Source: an uncultured Actinomycetes bacterium
Lineage (GTDB): Bacteria > Actinomycetota > Thermoleophilia > RBG-16-64-13
Assembly (NCBI GenBank): GCA_963841735.1
Contig: CAWJDT010000004.1
Coordinates: 64,001-128,000, forward strand
DNA length: 64,000 bases
Direction of reading: 5' to 3'
The position numbers and the translations under genes were made by a program. Below, piece after piece: positions 7,368 through 17,034 of the stretch; within the stretch, counting starts at the first letter, position 1; each line of letters starts with the position of its first letter. The notes below the pieces were generated by a model. That model was not told the origin of the DNA. It saw only the letters and a list, made by a program, of their open reading frames with translations, and did not search any database.

Positions 7368-10300
7368 GTGGTCCATCTGCGCGCCGTCCGCCTGCGGGGG
7401 TTCAAGACCTTCGCCAAACCAACCGAGCTGTCCTTCGAGCCAGGGGTCACCGTGATAATCGGGCCCAACGGCAGCGGGAAGAGCAATATTGCCGACGCTG
7501 TACTCTGGGTCCTTGGCGAGCAAAGCCCGGGTAATCTGCGAGGTCGCAGCATGCAGGACGTCCTCTTCTCGGGGGCCGGCGGTCGCAAGGCCAGTGCGGT
7601 GGCTGAAGTGAGTCTTATCTTCGACAATGGGTCGGGCTCATTACCGCTCGACTGTGCAGAACTGGAGGTCACGCGCAGGCTCACTCGTGACTCAGGCTCG
7701 GAATACCGTCTCAACGGCAGCGACTGCCGCCTTCTGGATGTGCAGGAGCTGGTTGGATCTTTGGGCCTGGGCAGGGAGATGCACAGCGTTATCAGCCAGG
7801 GCAAGGTCGAGGCTATGCTGAACTCGAGCCCGGAAGTCCGGAGGGCGATGGTGGAGGAGGCGGCTGGGTTGGGCCGCTTCAAGAAGCGCCGGGAAAGGGC
7901 TCAAGCCAAGCTGGAACGGACCGGTCAGAACCTCATGCGGGTGGCGGACATCGAGGGAGAGGTCAAGACTGCGCTGCGTCCACTGAGACAGCAGGTGGTG
8001 GCTGCCGAGCGCTTCGCCGAGGCCACTGAGGAATGGGCGCTGGCCGTGGCTCGTTCCCTGGCGCACTCGCTGGCGGAAGTCTTGACCGCTTTGGCTCGCA
8101 CGGAGGAGGAGCTTAAGATCACTGATACTGGGTTGGCTGCGTTGGGGACGAAGACCTCCGAGCTGCGCAGGGAGCGCACCTCGGAGGAGGAGCACTTCAA
8201 CCAGACCCTCCAGGAACGCGAGCGTCTCAGCGGGAAGTACCACAGAGCCCGCGCCGCCGCCGAGTATCTAGAGGGGCGCGCAGTAGCGCTACGGCAGCGG
8301 TTGGCGCGTGTGGAAGGGGAGATCGATCGCGCCCGAAGGCGGCGGGACATGGCGCGGAGCGAGGTGGCGGCGCTGGCTGGGCGCAGCGAAGAAGTAAGTG
8401 CGGTGACGGCCGACGAGCTTCGCTTGGAACGTGCGGGTGGGTGGACCGAGGTGCTGCGGAGTGTGTTGGAAGAGATGCTTCCCGCGTTCCGGGCCGACAC
8501 CGCTGCCGAAGATGACCTCAAAGACTCTGTGTTCGAGTTGGAGGCCGCGCGGTCGCGTTCTGTCCAGGACCGGGAGTTTCTGCGCCGGGATATGGCCGAG
8601 AGGGCCCGCGTGGGTGAGGGACTGCGAGGGTTGCTGGAGGAAGCACGGGCTCGGGCGCAGCAGTTGCAGGCCGACGCGGACAGGTTGGATGGTGAACTAG
8701 TCGATTCCGAGGAAGCTGCGCGTGGCGCCAGCCTAAGACTTGGCGGGGCTGCCGAGGCCCGTGACGAGGCGCGGGCGCGGCTGGACGAGGCGCGCGGTGA
8801 ACAGGCTGCTGTCTTGGAGCGGCTCTCCGTCCTTGAGTCCCGGCGGACCGTTCTCGAAGATATTCTGACGCGGCGAGCGGGCATGCCCGCCGGTTTGCGC
8901 GAGTTGGTGGCGAGCGACCCCGAGTGCCGCCTGCTCACCGAGGTGCTCAACGTGAAGCCAGGCTATGAGCGGGCACTCGCCGCCGCTCTGGGGCCGCTTA
9001 TTCACGCGGTAGTCGTTCGGAGTGGCGATGATCTCCCGCGGGTGCTTGGTGTTAGCGGGGTACTGGAGGTCATACAAGAAGTAGCCGAGCAACAGCGGGC
9101 CGAGGTTCGGGACGGTCTGCCTGCCGGCACGTGCGACCTCTGGGACGTCGTCACCGGCCCCGAGAGTCTGATCGCCGCCCTGGGGCGGCTGGTGCCGGCG
9201 ACCGCGGTGTTTGTGGACGCCGAAGACCTGGGCGATCGGCTGAAGAGCGCCGGGATAGCGGGGTCGGGAGAGTCATGGCGGTTGGTAAGCCGGTCGGGGG
9301 AACTGTTCCAAAGTGGCCTGCATGCGGCGCGACGCCAGGAGCTTGGCGCCGAGAGCCTGCTTGCCGCCCGTAGCGAACTTGAGGCTGTCTCAAGAGAGAG
9401 CGAAGAGGGGGCGGCTGGGCGCGAAATGGCGGGCAGAGCGGTAGAGGGGGCCGCAGCCGAGGCGGCGAGAGCTGACGCGCTATTCCGTGACCAGGAAGAA
9501 CAACTGCACCTGTGCGAACGCCGCGTGGCTGTTCTGCTCGGCGAGTGCGATCTGCAGCGGCGTCGGATGGAGGAAGCCGCGAGCCAGTCGGCCGAGCTAA
9601 AGGGTCGCGAGGAGCGAGAGAAAGAGACGGCCGAGAAGCTGGTGGGGGACATCGGCATATTGGAAGACACCATGGCCGGGCGGGAGGCCGAGCTGGATGA
9701 GGCGCGAGTAGCGCTCAGGGCTCTGCAGAGCCGGCTGGAGGCGGCGCGGCGCACTGTTGGGCGGCTGGAGGAGAAGAAGGGCCAAGCCGCGCTGGTGGAG
9801 GTGAAGTTGCGCGAGCGTTGCCGAGCTCACAACAACGAACGGGCTCGAGTGCAGGCTCTGCGACAGACGGCCGATCGCGAATTGGCTCGCTATGAACGCC
9901 GCCTTGTGTTCTTTGAGCGATACGTGCCGGTGATCACCAGTATGCTAGCAGTGGCTGAGCAGCTCGCCGAGAAGTCACGCGGTCTGGCGGACGGCTTGGA
10001 GGCGGACGTGGAGTCACTGCGAGCCCGCAGCGAGGGCACCTCCCGAGTGATGCGGGATTGGGGGAGCGCCGAGGCCAGCCTACAGCGGGAATACGAGACG
10101 ATGTCCGCGCGACTCACCCAGGCTCGGGTCGATCAGGCGCGGTTCCAGGAGCGACGGGCCCAGTTGGAGGAAGAGGTCGCTGAGTTGAGGCGCCGGCATC
10201 TATCGCCGCGAGGAGTCAAGCCGGAGGACATGGCCGGCGAGGACGCGGAGGCATTGGCAGCCGTGGTTGAAAGAGCGGCTCGCCGTAGGGAGCGCATAGG

Positions 10301-10970
10301 ACCTGTGAATCCTCTGGCCGAACAGGAATGCGGCGAGATGGAAGAGAGGGCGCGGTTCTTGGCGGAGCAGCGGGGGGACTTGGAGGCGGCGGTCGCACAG
10401 CTGCGCGAGGTCATCGCCGGTTTGGACGAACACATCGAGCGGTCGTTCGGCGAGGTCTTCGCTGCCGCCCGTGAGCACTTCTCTTCGGTCATCGCCTCAG
10501 TGTTCCCCGGAGCCAAGGGCACTCTCAGGCTCACGGAGCCCAAAACGGCGGCCAAGGCGGCTGCGACTGAGGCTGATGGCGCCTCAGATGAAGGCGACGA
10601 CGGGGAGCAGGGACCACAGGCTGCAGGAATAGCGCTGGAGGTCAAGTTCGCTAACAAGTCTCCGCGCAGCCTTACGTTGCTCTCCGGCGGCGAAAAGGCG
10701 ATGACCGCGATAGCGTTTCTGTTCTCGCTGTTCCTGGCGCGCCCCTGCCCCTTCTACATCCTGGACGAGGTGGAAGCCTCGCTAGACGACATCAACATCC
10801 GTCGATTCCTGTCTCTGATCCACAAATACAGAGATCGCACACAGTTCATAATCATCACCCATCAGCGGCAGACCATGGAGGTGGCCGACACTCTTTATGG
10901 AGTGACCATGGGAAGCGATGGGACCTCGCGGGTGCTGTCGCGCCGGCTGGCCACAGCGAAAGGGGCGTAG
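7368..10970 (+). CDS. smc: Chromosome segregation protein SMC
   Basis: GFKTFA, Walker A GPNGSGKSN, long coiled coils, LSGGEK signature, YILDEVEASLD, IIITH. Confidence 0.95.
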   Translation: MVHLRAVRLRGFKTFAKPTELSFEPGVTVIIGPNGSGKSNIADAVLWVLGEQSPGNLRGRSMQDVLFSGAGGRKASAVAEVSLIFDNGSGSLPLDCAELEVTRRLTRDSGSEYRLNGSDCRLLDVQELVGSLGLGREMHSVISQGKVEAMLNSSPEVRRAMVEEAAGLGRFKKRRERAQAKLERTGQNLMRVADIEGEVKTALRPLRQQVVAAERFAEATEEWALAVARSLAHSLAEVLTALARTEEELKITDTGLAALGTKTSELRRERTSEEEHFNQTLQERERLSGKYHRARAAAEYLEGRAVALRQRLARVEGEIDRARRRRDMARSEVAALAGRSEEVSAVTADELRLERAGGWTEVLRSVLEEMLPAFRADTAAEDDLKDSVFELEAARSRSVQDREFLRRDMAERARVGEGLRGLLEEARARAQQLQADADRLDGELVDSEEAARGASLRLGGAAEARDEARARLDEARGEQAAVLERLSVLESRRTVLEDILTRRAGMPAGLRELVASDPECRLLTEVLNVKPGYERALAAALGPLIHAVVVRSGDDLPRVLGVSGVLEVIQEVAEQQRAEVRDGLPAGTCDLWDVVTGPESLIAALGRLVPATAVFVDAEDLGDRLKSAGIAGSGESWRLVSRSGELFQSGLHAARRQELGAESLLAARSELEAVSRESEEGAAGREMAGRAVEGAAAEAARADALFRDQEEQLHLCERRVAVLLGECDLQRRRMEEAASQSAELKGREEREKETAEKLVGDIGILEDTMAGREAELDEARVALRALQSRLEAARRTVGRLEEKKGQAALVEVKLRERCRAHNNERARVQALRQTADRELARYERRLVFFERYVPVITSMLAVAEQLAEKSRGLADGLEADVESLRARSEGTSRVMRDWGSAEASLQREYETMSARLTQARVDQARFQERRAQLEEEVAELRRRHLSPRGVKPEDMAGEDAEALAAVVERAARRRERIGPVNPLAEQECGEMEERARFLAEQRGDLEAAVAQLREVIAGLDEHIERSFGEVFAAAREHFSSVIASVFPGAKGTLRLTEPKTAAKAAATEADGASDEGDDGEQGPQAAGIALEVKFANKSPRSLTLLSGGEKAMTAIAFLFSLFLARPCPFYILDEVEASLDDINIRRFLSLIHKYRDRTQFIIITHQRQTMEVADTLYGVTMGSDGTSRVLSRRLATAKGA

Positions 10971-10974
10971 AGAC

Positions 10975-11979
10975 TTGAGTCAGGACTGGTCGGAGGTTTT
11001 CTTAGGGGTGCCCAAAGAGGCGGCGGCTCATGCGGCCGGGGGCGCCGGAGAGACCCGCGGGGGGTGGATGTCCCAGCTGCGGGACGGCCTGAGCAAGAGC
11101 CGCAAAGCCCTGCAGCAGCAGCTGATCTCGGTGCTGTTCGATCGGTTTGACGAAGATGTGTGGGAGCGGATCGAAGAAGCGCTTATCTACGCCGACGTGG
11201 GGGTAGACACCACCGTCTCGATCGTCGGGGCCTTGGAGGCTGAGGCCAACGCCGGCAACATCAAGAACTCCAGCGAGCTGCTGGCGAAATTGCGCGAGGT
11301 GGCTGCGAGGCACTTCTGCGAGAAGGACTCACGAATCGACGTGGCGCACTCACCGGCGGTGATCTTGATGGTGGGGGTGAACGGCACCGGCAAGACTACT
11401 ACGATCGGCAAGATCGCCTGGCACCTCAAAGAGTTGGGAAAGGAGCCCTTGCTGGTGGCGGGGGACACCTTCCGCGCGGCTGCCATAGAGCAACTGACCG
11501 AGTGGGGCCGACGGGTGGGATGCGAAGTGGTGCGACACGAGCGGGGCGGAGACCCCGGGGCGGTTGTGTACGACGGATTGGCGGCGGCTGAGGCCCGCAA
11601 AGCAGACGTAGTGCTGATCGACACGGCCGGGCGCCTGCATACCCAAGTGAACCTCATGAACGAACTGGGCAAAGTCAGGCGAGTTATCGAGAAGCGCATG
11701 CCGGGGGCTCCGCACGAGTGTCTGCTCAGTATTGACGCCACTACTGGTCAAAACGGTCTGATCCAGGCTCGCATGTTCAAGGAGGCCGTGGATCTGACGG
11801 GGGTGGTGCTTACCAAGATGGACGGCACCGCTAAGGGAGGCATAGCTCTGGCCGTGTCGCACGAGTTGGATCTCCCCATCAAGCTGATCGGCACGGGAGA
11901 GAAGCTGGAGAGTCTGCAGCCTTTCGACCCGAGGGTTTTCGCGGCTCTTCTGTTTGAAGATTCCCTCGGCTCCCATTGA
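10975..11979 (+). CDS. ftsY: SRP receptor FtsY
   Basis: GVNGTGKTTT, GDTFRAAAIEQL, DTAGRLH, TKMDGTAKGG; TTG start inferred right after the smc stop. Confidence 0.96.
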   Translation: MSQDWSEVFLGVPKEAAAHAAGGAGETRGGWMSQLRDGLSKSRKALQQQLISVLFDRFDEDVWERIEEALIYADVGVDTTVSIVGALEAEANAGNIKNSSELLAKLREVAARHFCEKDSRIDVAHSPAVILMVGVNGTGKTTTIGKIAWHLKELGKEPLLVAGDTFRAAAIEQLTEWGRRVGCEVVRHERGGDPGAVVYDGLAAAEARKADVVLIDTAGRLHTQVNLMNELGKVRRVIEKRMPGAPHECLLSIDATTGQNGLIQARMFKEAVDLTGVVLTKMDGTAKGGIALAVSHELDLPIKLIGTGEKLESLQPFDPRVFAALLFEDSLGSH

Positions 11980-12032
11980 CCCTCGCGGGGGAAGCGGTTC
12001 GGACCGTAGCTCGACCTACGCGGGGTGCTGGT

Positions 12033-12061
12033 TTGACGGGATCACCGGGGGCTAGTAAACT
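12033..12061 (+). promoter_or_regulatory. Sigma-70 promoter of the ffh-rpsP-khpA-rimM-trmD operon
   Basis: TTGACG-N17-TAAACT. Confidence 0.75.
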
Positions 12062-12134
12062 CCCACCCTCGCGGCCGAAGATCGGCCGCCATCACAGGGA
12101 CGCCGCGTGGCGTCGCCAAACGGCAAGGTGACAG

Positions 12135-13469
12135 GTGTTCGACTCCCTTTCTGACAAACTGCAGACAGCGTTCGACGGCCTCAAGAGGCAAGGAAGGCTC
12201 ACGGATAAGGACGTGGAGCGGGCCGCCCGCGAGATCCGTTTGGCCTTGCTTGAGGCGGATGTCAACTTCAAGGTAGTCAAGCAGTTCATCGACACTGTTA
12301 AGACTCGCGCTCTGGGAGTCGAGGTCCTGGGCAGCCTGACTCCGGCTCAGCAGTTCATCAAGATCGTCAATGAAGAGCTGACGGCTCTGATGGGCTCGGC
12401 TTCGACCAAACTGACTTTCTCTCCCCGGCCGCCCACGGTCATCATGATGGTTGGGCTACAGGGTTCCGGAAAGACTACGGCCTGCGGCAAGCTGGCGAAC
12501 TTCCTCCTGGCCCAGGGCAAGAGCCCGGCGTTGGTGGCGGGCGACGTCTACCGTCCCGCGGCCATCGATCAGCTCAAGGCCCTAGGAGAGCAGCTGGGCG
12601 TCCCGGTATACGACGAGGGCACGGACGCCGACCCGGTGGATATCGCCAAGCACGGAGTGGAGTGGGCGCGGGAGAAGGGGCGGGATGTCCTCATCATCGA
12701 CACCGCGGGCCGGTTGCATATCGACGAGAAGCTCATGGACGAGCTGGTGCAGATCCGTCACTCGGTTAAGCCGCACAACATCCTGCTGGTGCTAGACGCG
12801 ATGACCGGCCAGGACGCGGTCAACGTGGCGTTGCAGTTTCAAGAACATGTGCAGTTCGACGGGGCCATTCTTACAAAGATGGATGGGGATGCCCGGGGGG
12901 GAGCCGCGCTCTCCGTCAGGGCGGTCACGGGCAAGCCCATCAAGTTCGCCAGCAGCGGGGAGAAGCTCGACAACTTCGAGTACTTCCACCCCGACCGGGT
13001 GGCTTCGCGTATCTTGGGCATGGGTGACGTGCTGTCGCTCATCGAGAAGGCTGAGCGCACCATTGACGCGGACAAAGCTCGGGAGCTTGAACAGCGCCTT
13101 CGCAAGGCCACCTTTACCTTTGACGACTTCGTCGAGCAGATCCAACAGGTGCGCAAGATGGGCTCCATATCGAGTCTTCTGGGCATGATTCCGGGCATAC
13201 CGTCGGCCAAACTAAAGGGACTTCAGGTCGACGATAAGGCCTTCGATAAGATCCAAGCGGTCATCTCTTCGATGACGGCCGAGGAACGGAGCCACCCAGA
13301 TCTCATCAACGGCAGCCGTCGCCGGCGCATCGCGCAGGGGTCTGGCTCCGACATCCAAGCCATAAACCAATTGCTCACCCAGTTCAAGCAGGTACAGAAG
13401 ATGATGAAGCAATTGGGTTCTGGACGTGTTCCGAAGAATCCGTTCCAAATGTTCGGTAACGCCGGTTAA
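12135..13469 (+). CDS. ffh: Signal recognition particle protein Ffh
   Basis: LLEADVN, GLQGSGKTT, DTAGRL, TKMDGDARGG, RILGMGD, SRRRRIAQGSG. Confidence 0.98.
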   Translation: MFDSLSDKLQTAFDGLKRQGRLTDKDVERAAREIRLALLEADVNFKVVKQFIDTVKTRALGVEVLGSLTPAQQFIKIVNEELTALMGSASTKLTFSPRPPTVIMMVGLQGSGKTTACGKLANFLLAQGKSPALVAGDVYRPAAIDQLKALGEQLGVPVYDEGTDADPVDIAKHGVEWAREKGRDVLIIDTAGRLHIDEKLMDELVQIRHSVKPHNILLVLDAMTGQDAVNVALQFQEHVQFDGAILTKMDGDARGGAALSVRAVTGKPIKFASSGEKLDNFEYFHPDRVASRILGMGDVLSLIEKAERTIDADKARELEQRLRKATFTFDDFVEQIQQVRKMGSISSLLGMIPGIPSAKLKGLQVDDKAFDKIQAVISSMTAEERSHPDLINGSRRRRIAQGSGSDIQAINQLLTQFKQVQKMMKQLGSGRVPKNPFQMFGNAG

Positions 13470-13485
13470 TCTGAGGAGGTGATCA

Positions 13486-13728
13486 ATGGCAACAGCTATT
13501 AGACTGGCCCGTCGCGGCAGCAAGAAACATCCCACATATCGTATCGTGGTAGCCGATTCGCGCAGGGCTCGTGATGGTAAGTTCATCGAGACCATCGGGT
13601 TCTATAACCCGCTTCACGACCCGTCGACAATCGAAGTGGACGAGGCCAAAGCCAGGCAGTGGTTGGCATGCGGTGCTCAACCGTCCGACACGGTGCGCAA
13701 ACTCCTGAGTGTGAAAGGCATCGTCTAG
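13486..13728 (+). CDS. rpsP: 30S ribosomal protein S16
   Basis: [33 protein letters not shown]. Confidence 0.98.
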   Translation: MATAIRLARRGSKKHPTYRIVVADSRRARDGKFIETIGFYNPLHDPSTIEVDEAKARQWLACGAQPSDTVRKLLSVKGIV

Positions 13729-13959
13729 GTGAAAGAGCTGCTTGAGTACTTGGCTCGTGCCCTGGTCGAGAACCCTGATGAAGTGAGGGTTGAAGAGACC
13801 GGATCGGGCGATCAGGTGATATTGCGCTTGAGTGTTGCCCGAGAGGACGTGGGCAAGGTCATCGGGAAGCAGGGTCGCATCGCTCGGGCGCTGCGGACTG
13901 TGGTCAAAGCGAGCGCCGTCAAGGACGGGAAGCAGGCCACAGTCGAGATAGTGGACTAG
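13729..13959 (+). CDS. khpA: KH-domain RNA-binding protein KhpA
   Basis: DVGKVIGKQGRIARALRTV; conserved position between rpsP and rimM. Confidence 0.95.
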   Translation: MKELLEYLARALVENPDEVRVEETGSGDQVILRLSVAREDVGKVIGKQGRIARALRTVVKASAVKDGKQATVEIVD

Positions 13960-13967
13960 GCGCGCGG

Positions 13968-14528
13968 ATGGCTCGTCCCGAGTGGATCGAGGTGGGACGA
14001 GTCTCGCGTGCGCACGGGGTGCACGGCGAGGTTCGGATCATGCCTGATTCGGACAACCCTGAGCGTTTCGTCCCAGGTGCCGTACTGCACGCGCGTTCCG
14101 CGCGTGCAGGCGTAGCTGGGCCCCGTTTGCCGGATAAGGTGGAGCTCACTATCGACGGGGTGCGCGGGGGAGACGGTTTCCCTATCGTCGCGTTCCGCGA
14201 AGTGGGTGACCGGGAGGCCGCGGAGGCTCTTCGGGGATGCCTTCTGGAGGTCCGCTCCGTGGATCTACCTGAGCTGGACGACGATGAGTACTATCCTTTC
14301 GACCTCTATGGCCTGGAAGTGCGCGATCCCAAGGGGGTTGTCGTCGGCCGGGTGACCGAGATAATCGAGTCCCCTGCTCATGCCATATTGGCAGTGTCGC
14401 TTGACTCCGGTGGCGAGACGCTTGTGCCATTTGTGGCCGTGGCTGTGCCTGTGGTCGACATTGCACAGGGCTACCTGGTGGTGGAGCTAGGGTTCGCGGA
14501 CGCCGATAGCCTAGACACAGGGCTTTGA
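13968..14528 (+). CDS. rimM: Ribosome maturation factor RimM
   Basis: VGRVSRAHGVHGEV, REAAEALRG, EYYPFDLYG, LVPFV. Confidence 0.95.
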   Translation: MARPEWIEVGRVSRAHGVHGEVRIMPDSDNPERFVPGAVLHARSARAGVAGPRLPDKVELTIDGVRGGDGFPIVAFREVGDREAAEALRGCLLEVRSVDLPELDDDEYYPFDLYGLEVRDPKGVVVGRVTEIIESPAHAILAVSLDSGGETLVPFVAVAVPVVDIAQGYLVVELGFADADSLDTGL

Positions 14529-15277
14529 TGAAGAGCTTCCACATCTTCACTCTCGTGCCTGAGGCCTTCGATTGGTTCGTGCGCAGACACCCCATAGCGA
14601 CCGCCGTTGAGGCCGGCTCGGTGTCGGTGTTTGTACACGATGTGCGTGCTTACAGTGACCTGCCCCACCACGAGGTGGACGATACTCCCTACGGAGGGGG
14701 CCCGGGAATGGTCACCCGGGTGGACATTGTTGCCAGGGCACTGGAGCAGGTGTTCGCGGAACCCGCTGGCCAAGTGCGTGAGTCAAGAGACGTTTACGTA
14801 ATGGCGGCGGGGGGCCGGCCCTTCGTGCATTCCTTGGGGTTGGAACTTTCCCGGAGCCAACGGGATCTAGTTCTTCTGTGCGGGCGTTTTGAGGGCTTTG
14901 ACGCCCGGGTGGAAGCATTGCTGGCTACAGGCTCACTCTCAGTAGGACCCTATGTTCTAGCCGGCGGAGAGGTCGCCGCGCTTGCCGTGATGGAAGCGGT
15001 GGTGCGTCAGCTGCCTGGGTCGCTGGGGAATGATGACAGCGTGTGCGAGGAGTCGTTCAGCGAGGAGTTGGGGGGCATGGTGGAGTACCCTCACTACACG
15101 AGACCTCGAGAGTTTCTGGGCAGCGAGGTGCCGCCGGTTCTCGTGAGCGGAGACCACGGAGCCATCGCGCGTTGGCGGCGAGCCAACGCCCGTCCTTCGC
15201 CATGGGGTGAGGTTGGCACAGAGAGCTCATTGGAGGGCGAGGCTATGACGAGGCAAGACAAACCGGTTGCACCATGA
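14525..15277 (+). CDS. trmD: tRNA (guanine-N1)-methyltransferase TrmD
   Basis: VDDTPYGGGPGMV, LCGRFEGFDARV, YVLAGGE, EYPHYTRP, LVSGDH. Confidence 0.96.
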   Translation: MMKSFHIFTLVPEAFDWFVRRHPIATAVEAGSVSVFVHDVRAYSDLPHHEVDDTPYGGGPGMVTRVDIVARALEQVFAEPAGQVRESRDVYVMAAGGRPFVHSLGLELSRSQRDLVLLCGRFEGFDARVEALLATGSLSVGPYVLAGGEVAALAVMEAVVRQLPGSLGNDDSVCEESFSEELGGMVEYPHYTRPREFLGSEVPPVLVSGDHGAIARWRRANARPSPWGEVGTESSLEGEAMTRQDKPVAP

Positions 15278-15924
15278 GCGTTGAGGAAGGCCAGACCTTT
15301 GCTGCCGGCGAGAGTTCTGGTCTCGCAGATCCGGCAGGTGACACCGGTAGTCCGGCTGAGGTTGCCCGGGCCATCGCACGTAGCCGGGCTCAGGAGAAGT
15401 CGAAGCGGCCCCGTACGGTGACGCGCACCCTTGTTGAGATCGTGGTGATCGTGGCCGCGGCCTTTGCGCTGGCGATGTTGGTGCAGGCGTTCATCGTCAA
15501 GCCCTTCACCGTCCATCAGGTATCCATGGAGCCCACTCTCGTGGAGGGTGACCGCGTTCTCATCAGCAGGCTCTCTTACCATTTGCACGACCCCAAGGCT
15601 GGTGACGTCGTGGTGTTGCATTCGCCCGTTGTCGCCAGCGAGGACCTCGTCAAGCGGATAGTGGCCGTTGGCGGTGACACCGTCGCCATTCACGGCGGCG
15701 ATCTGTATGTCAACGAAGCCGTGGTGGTCGAGCCCTACTTGGCTAGTCAGGACTTTCGAGGAGAGTACCCCGAGACGACGATACCTGAGGGGCAGGTATT
15801 CGTGCTTGGGGACAACCGCGATTACAGCGGAGACAGCAGACTGTTCGGTCCTGTCGATTTGGATTTGATCATCGGAAGCGCCTTTGCCGTCTATTGGCCG
15901 ATCGGGGACTGGAGCGGGTTATAG
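15274..15924 (+). CDS. lepB: Signal peptidase I (copy 1)
   Basis: TM segment, then SMEPTL (catalytic Ser), LVKRIV (catalytic Lys), GDNRDYSGDSR. Confidence 0.95.
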   Translation: MSVEEGQTFAAGESSGLADPAGDTGSPAEVARAIARSRAQEKSKRPRTVTRTLVEIVVIVAAAFALAMLVQAFIVKPFTVHQVSMEPTLVEGDRVLISRLSYHLHDPKAGDVVVLHSPVVASEDLVKRIVAVGGDTVAIHGGDLYVNEAVVVEPYLASQDFRGEYPETTIPEGQVFVLGDNRDYSGDSRLFGPVDLDLIIGSAFAVYWPIGDWSGL

Positions 15925-15941
15925 CGCCTTCAGTGGCGCTA
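15922..15941. terminator. Hairpin joining the convergent stop codons of lepB1 and the anti-sigma-like gene
   Basis: TAGCGCC-ttcagt-GGCGCTA; both stop codons are part of the stem; no U-tail. Confidence 0.4.
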
Positions 15942-16988
15942 GGGCCTTGTCCCGCCCTGGCCATTTTGGGCGTCCGGCGACTGATAACCCGGGTTTGTCC
16001 CAGAAGGGCCGAGAGGCGTCACTCCCGAGGAGCCGCCTAAGCCGCCTGTGTTCTGGCTGCCACCGTTAGTGTTGGTCGTTGTTGGAGACTCGCCACCGTC
16101 AATGGGGCCGGAGTGGCCGCTGGAACTGGGCGGGCCGCTGGAACCATTACTGGGTTGGCCACCCGGAGTGGTGGCAGAGGTTGAGCTCGGGTTGCCGTTG
16201 GGTAGGGCGTTCGGCCCGTTGTTGTTCGCGTTGGGATTGGTGGTTGATGTCGCCGACGCGCCATCGGGTCCGACTGCATCGGGCCCTGCGCCATGGTCGC
16301 CCGCGACACCACGAGCCAGTTCCGTAGCGTAGCGCCCAAAATCGGCGTCATGGGCATCGGCCGTGGCCATCCACCGTAGCATCTGTGCCACTCGTTGACG
16401 CACCGATTCGATGTCGCCCACGTTGGCGGTAGAGACCGCGTTGGCGGCAACAACAAGCGCGCCTCGGGCTTCGTCGGCGATGCCATCGTTCACTCCCGCC
16501 TCAGCAAGGGCCTCGGTGGCATGAGCTATTCCTCTTTCGATAGCGCCTCTATCCGCGAGCTCACTCGCTTCGGCAAGACGCTCGTGGAGGCCGCCGGCTC
16601 CCAGGCCGATGCGTTCCAGGGCGAGGTCGAAGCCGTAGAGAGTGTCCCCGGGGGCAGCGGCGTTGGCAGCGAAGGCCACCCCGGCGGTGGACGAGAAGAC
16701 CACGATCACCGCGAGGAGACCGGCGAGTCTAGGGGTGAGACGGTGCAGGTGGCCGCTCCGGAGTTCGTGCGGGCGAGCGGCGCCGGAAGGCGCACCCTCC
16801 ATAGCCGTCCGGGAGAGCGCTGCGGCCTGTGCGGCAACTTGCGCTGTCTCGGTTTCGGGAGGGATGCGCCTGCCGGCGCGCATGAGAGCCTGGGTGAGGG
16901 GGGTGAGCCGGGCATACTCCTCGTCCTCGGGGGTGCGGCCCGCAAGGAGCTTCTCGATATCTTCGTCTGAGTTTCTTCTGGCTCGCAT
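15939..16988 (-). CDS. Putative membrane-anchored anti-sigma factor: cytoplasmic N-terminus, TM helix, DUF5667-like helical domain, G/S/P/N-rich disordered tail
   Basis: About 85-aa soluble N-terminus (DEDIEKLLAGR...), TM LAGLLAVIVVFSSTAGVAFA, AAPGDTLYGFDLALE, ERLAEASEL; GAGG SD; downstream of an ECF sigma. Confidence 0.7.
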   Translation of the reverse strand: MRARRNSDEDIEKLLAGRTPEDEEYARLTPLTQALMRAGRRIPPETETAQVAAQAAALSRTAMEGAPSGAARPHELRSGHLHRLTPRLAGLLAVIVVFSSTAGVAFAANAAAPGDTLYGFDLALERIGLGAGGLHERLAEASELADRGAIERGIAHATEALAEAGVNDGIADEARGALVVAANAVSTANVGDIESVRQRVAQMLRWMATADAHDADFGRYATELARGVAGDHGAGPDAVGPDGASATSTTNPNANNNGPNALPNGNPSSTSATTPGGQPSNGSSGPPSSSGHSGPIDGGESPTTTNTNGGSQNTGGLGGSSGVTPLGPSGTNPGYQSPDAQNGQGGTRP

Positions 16989-17034
16989 CTCTACCTCATC
17001 ACCGCACGGGATCGATCTTGTTCAGGCTACGAGT

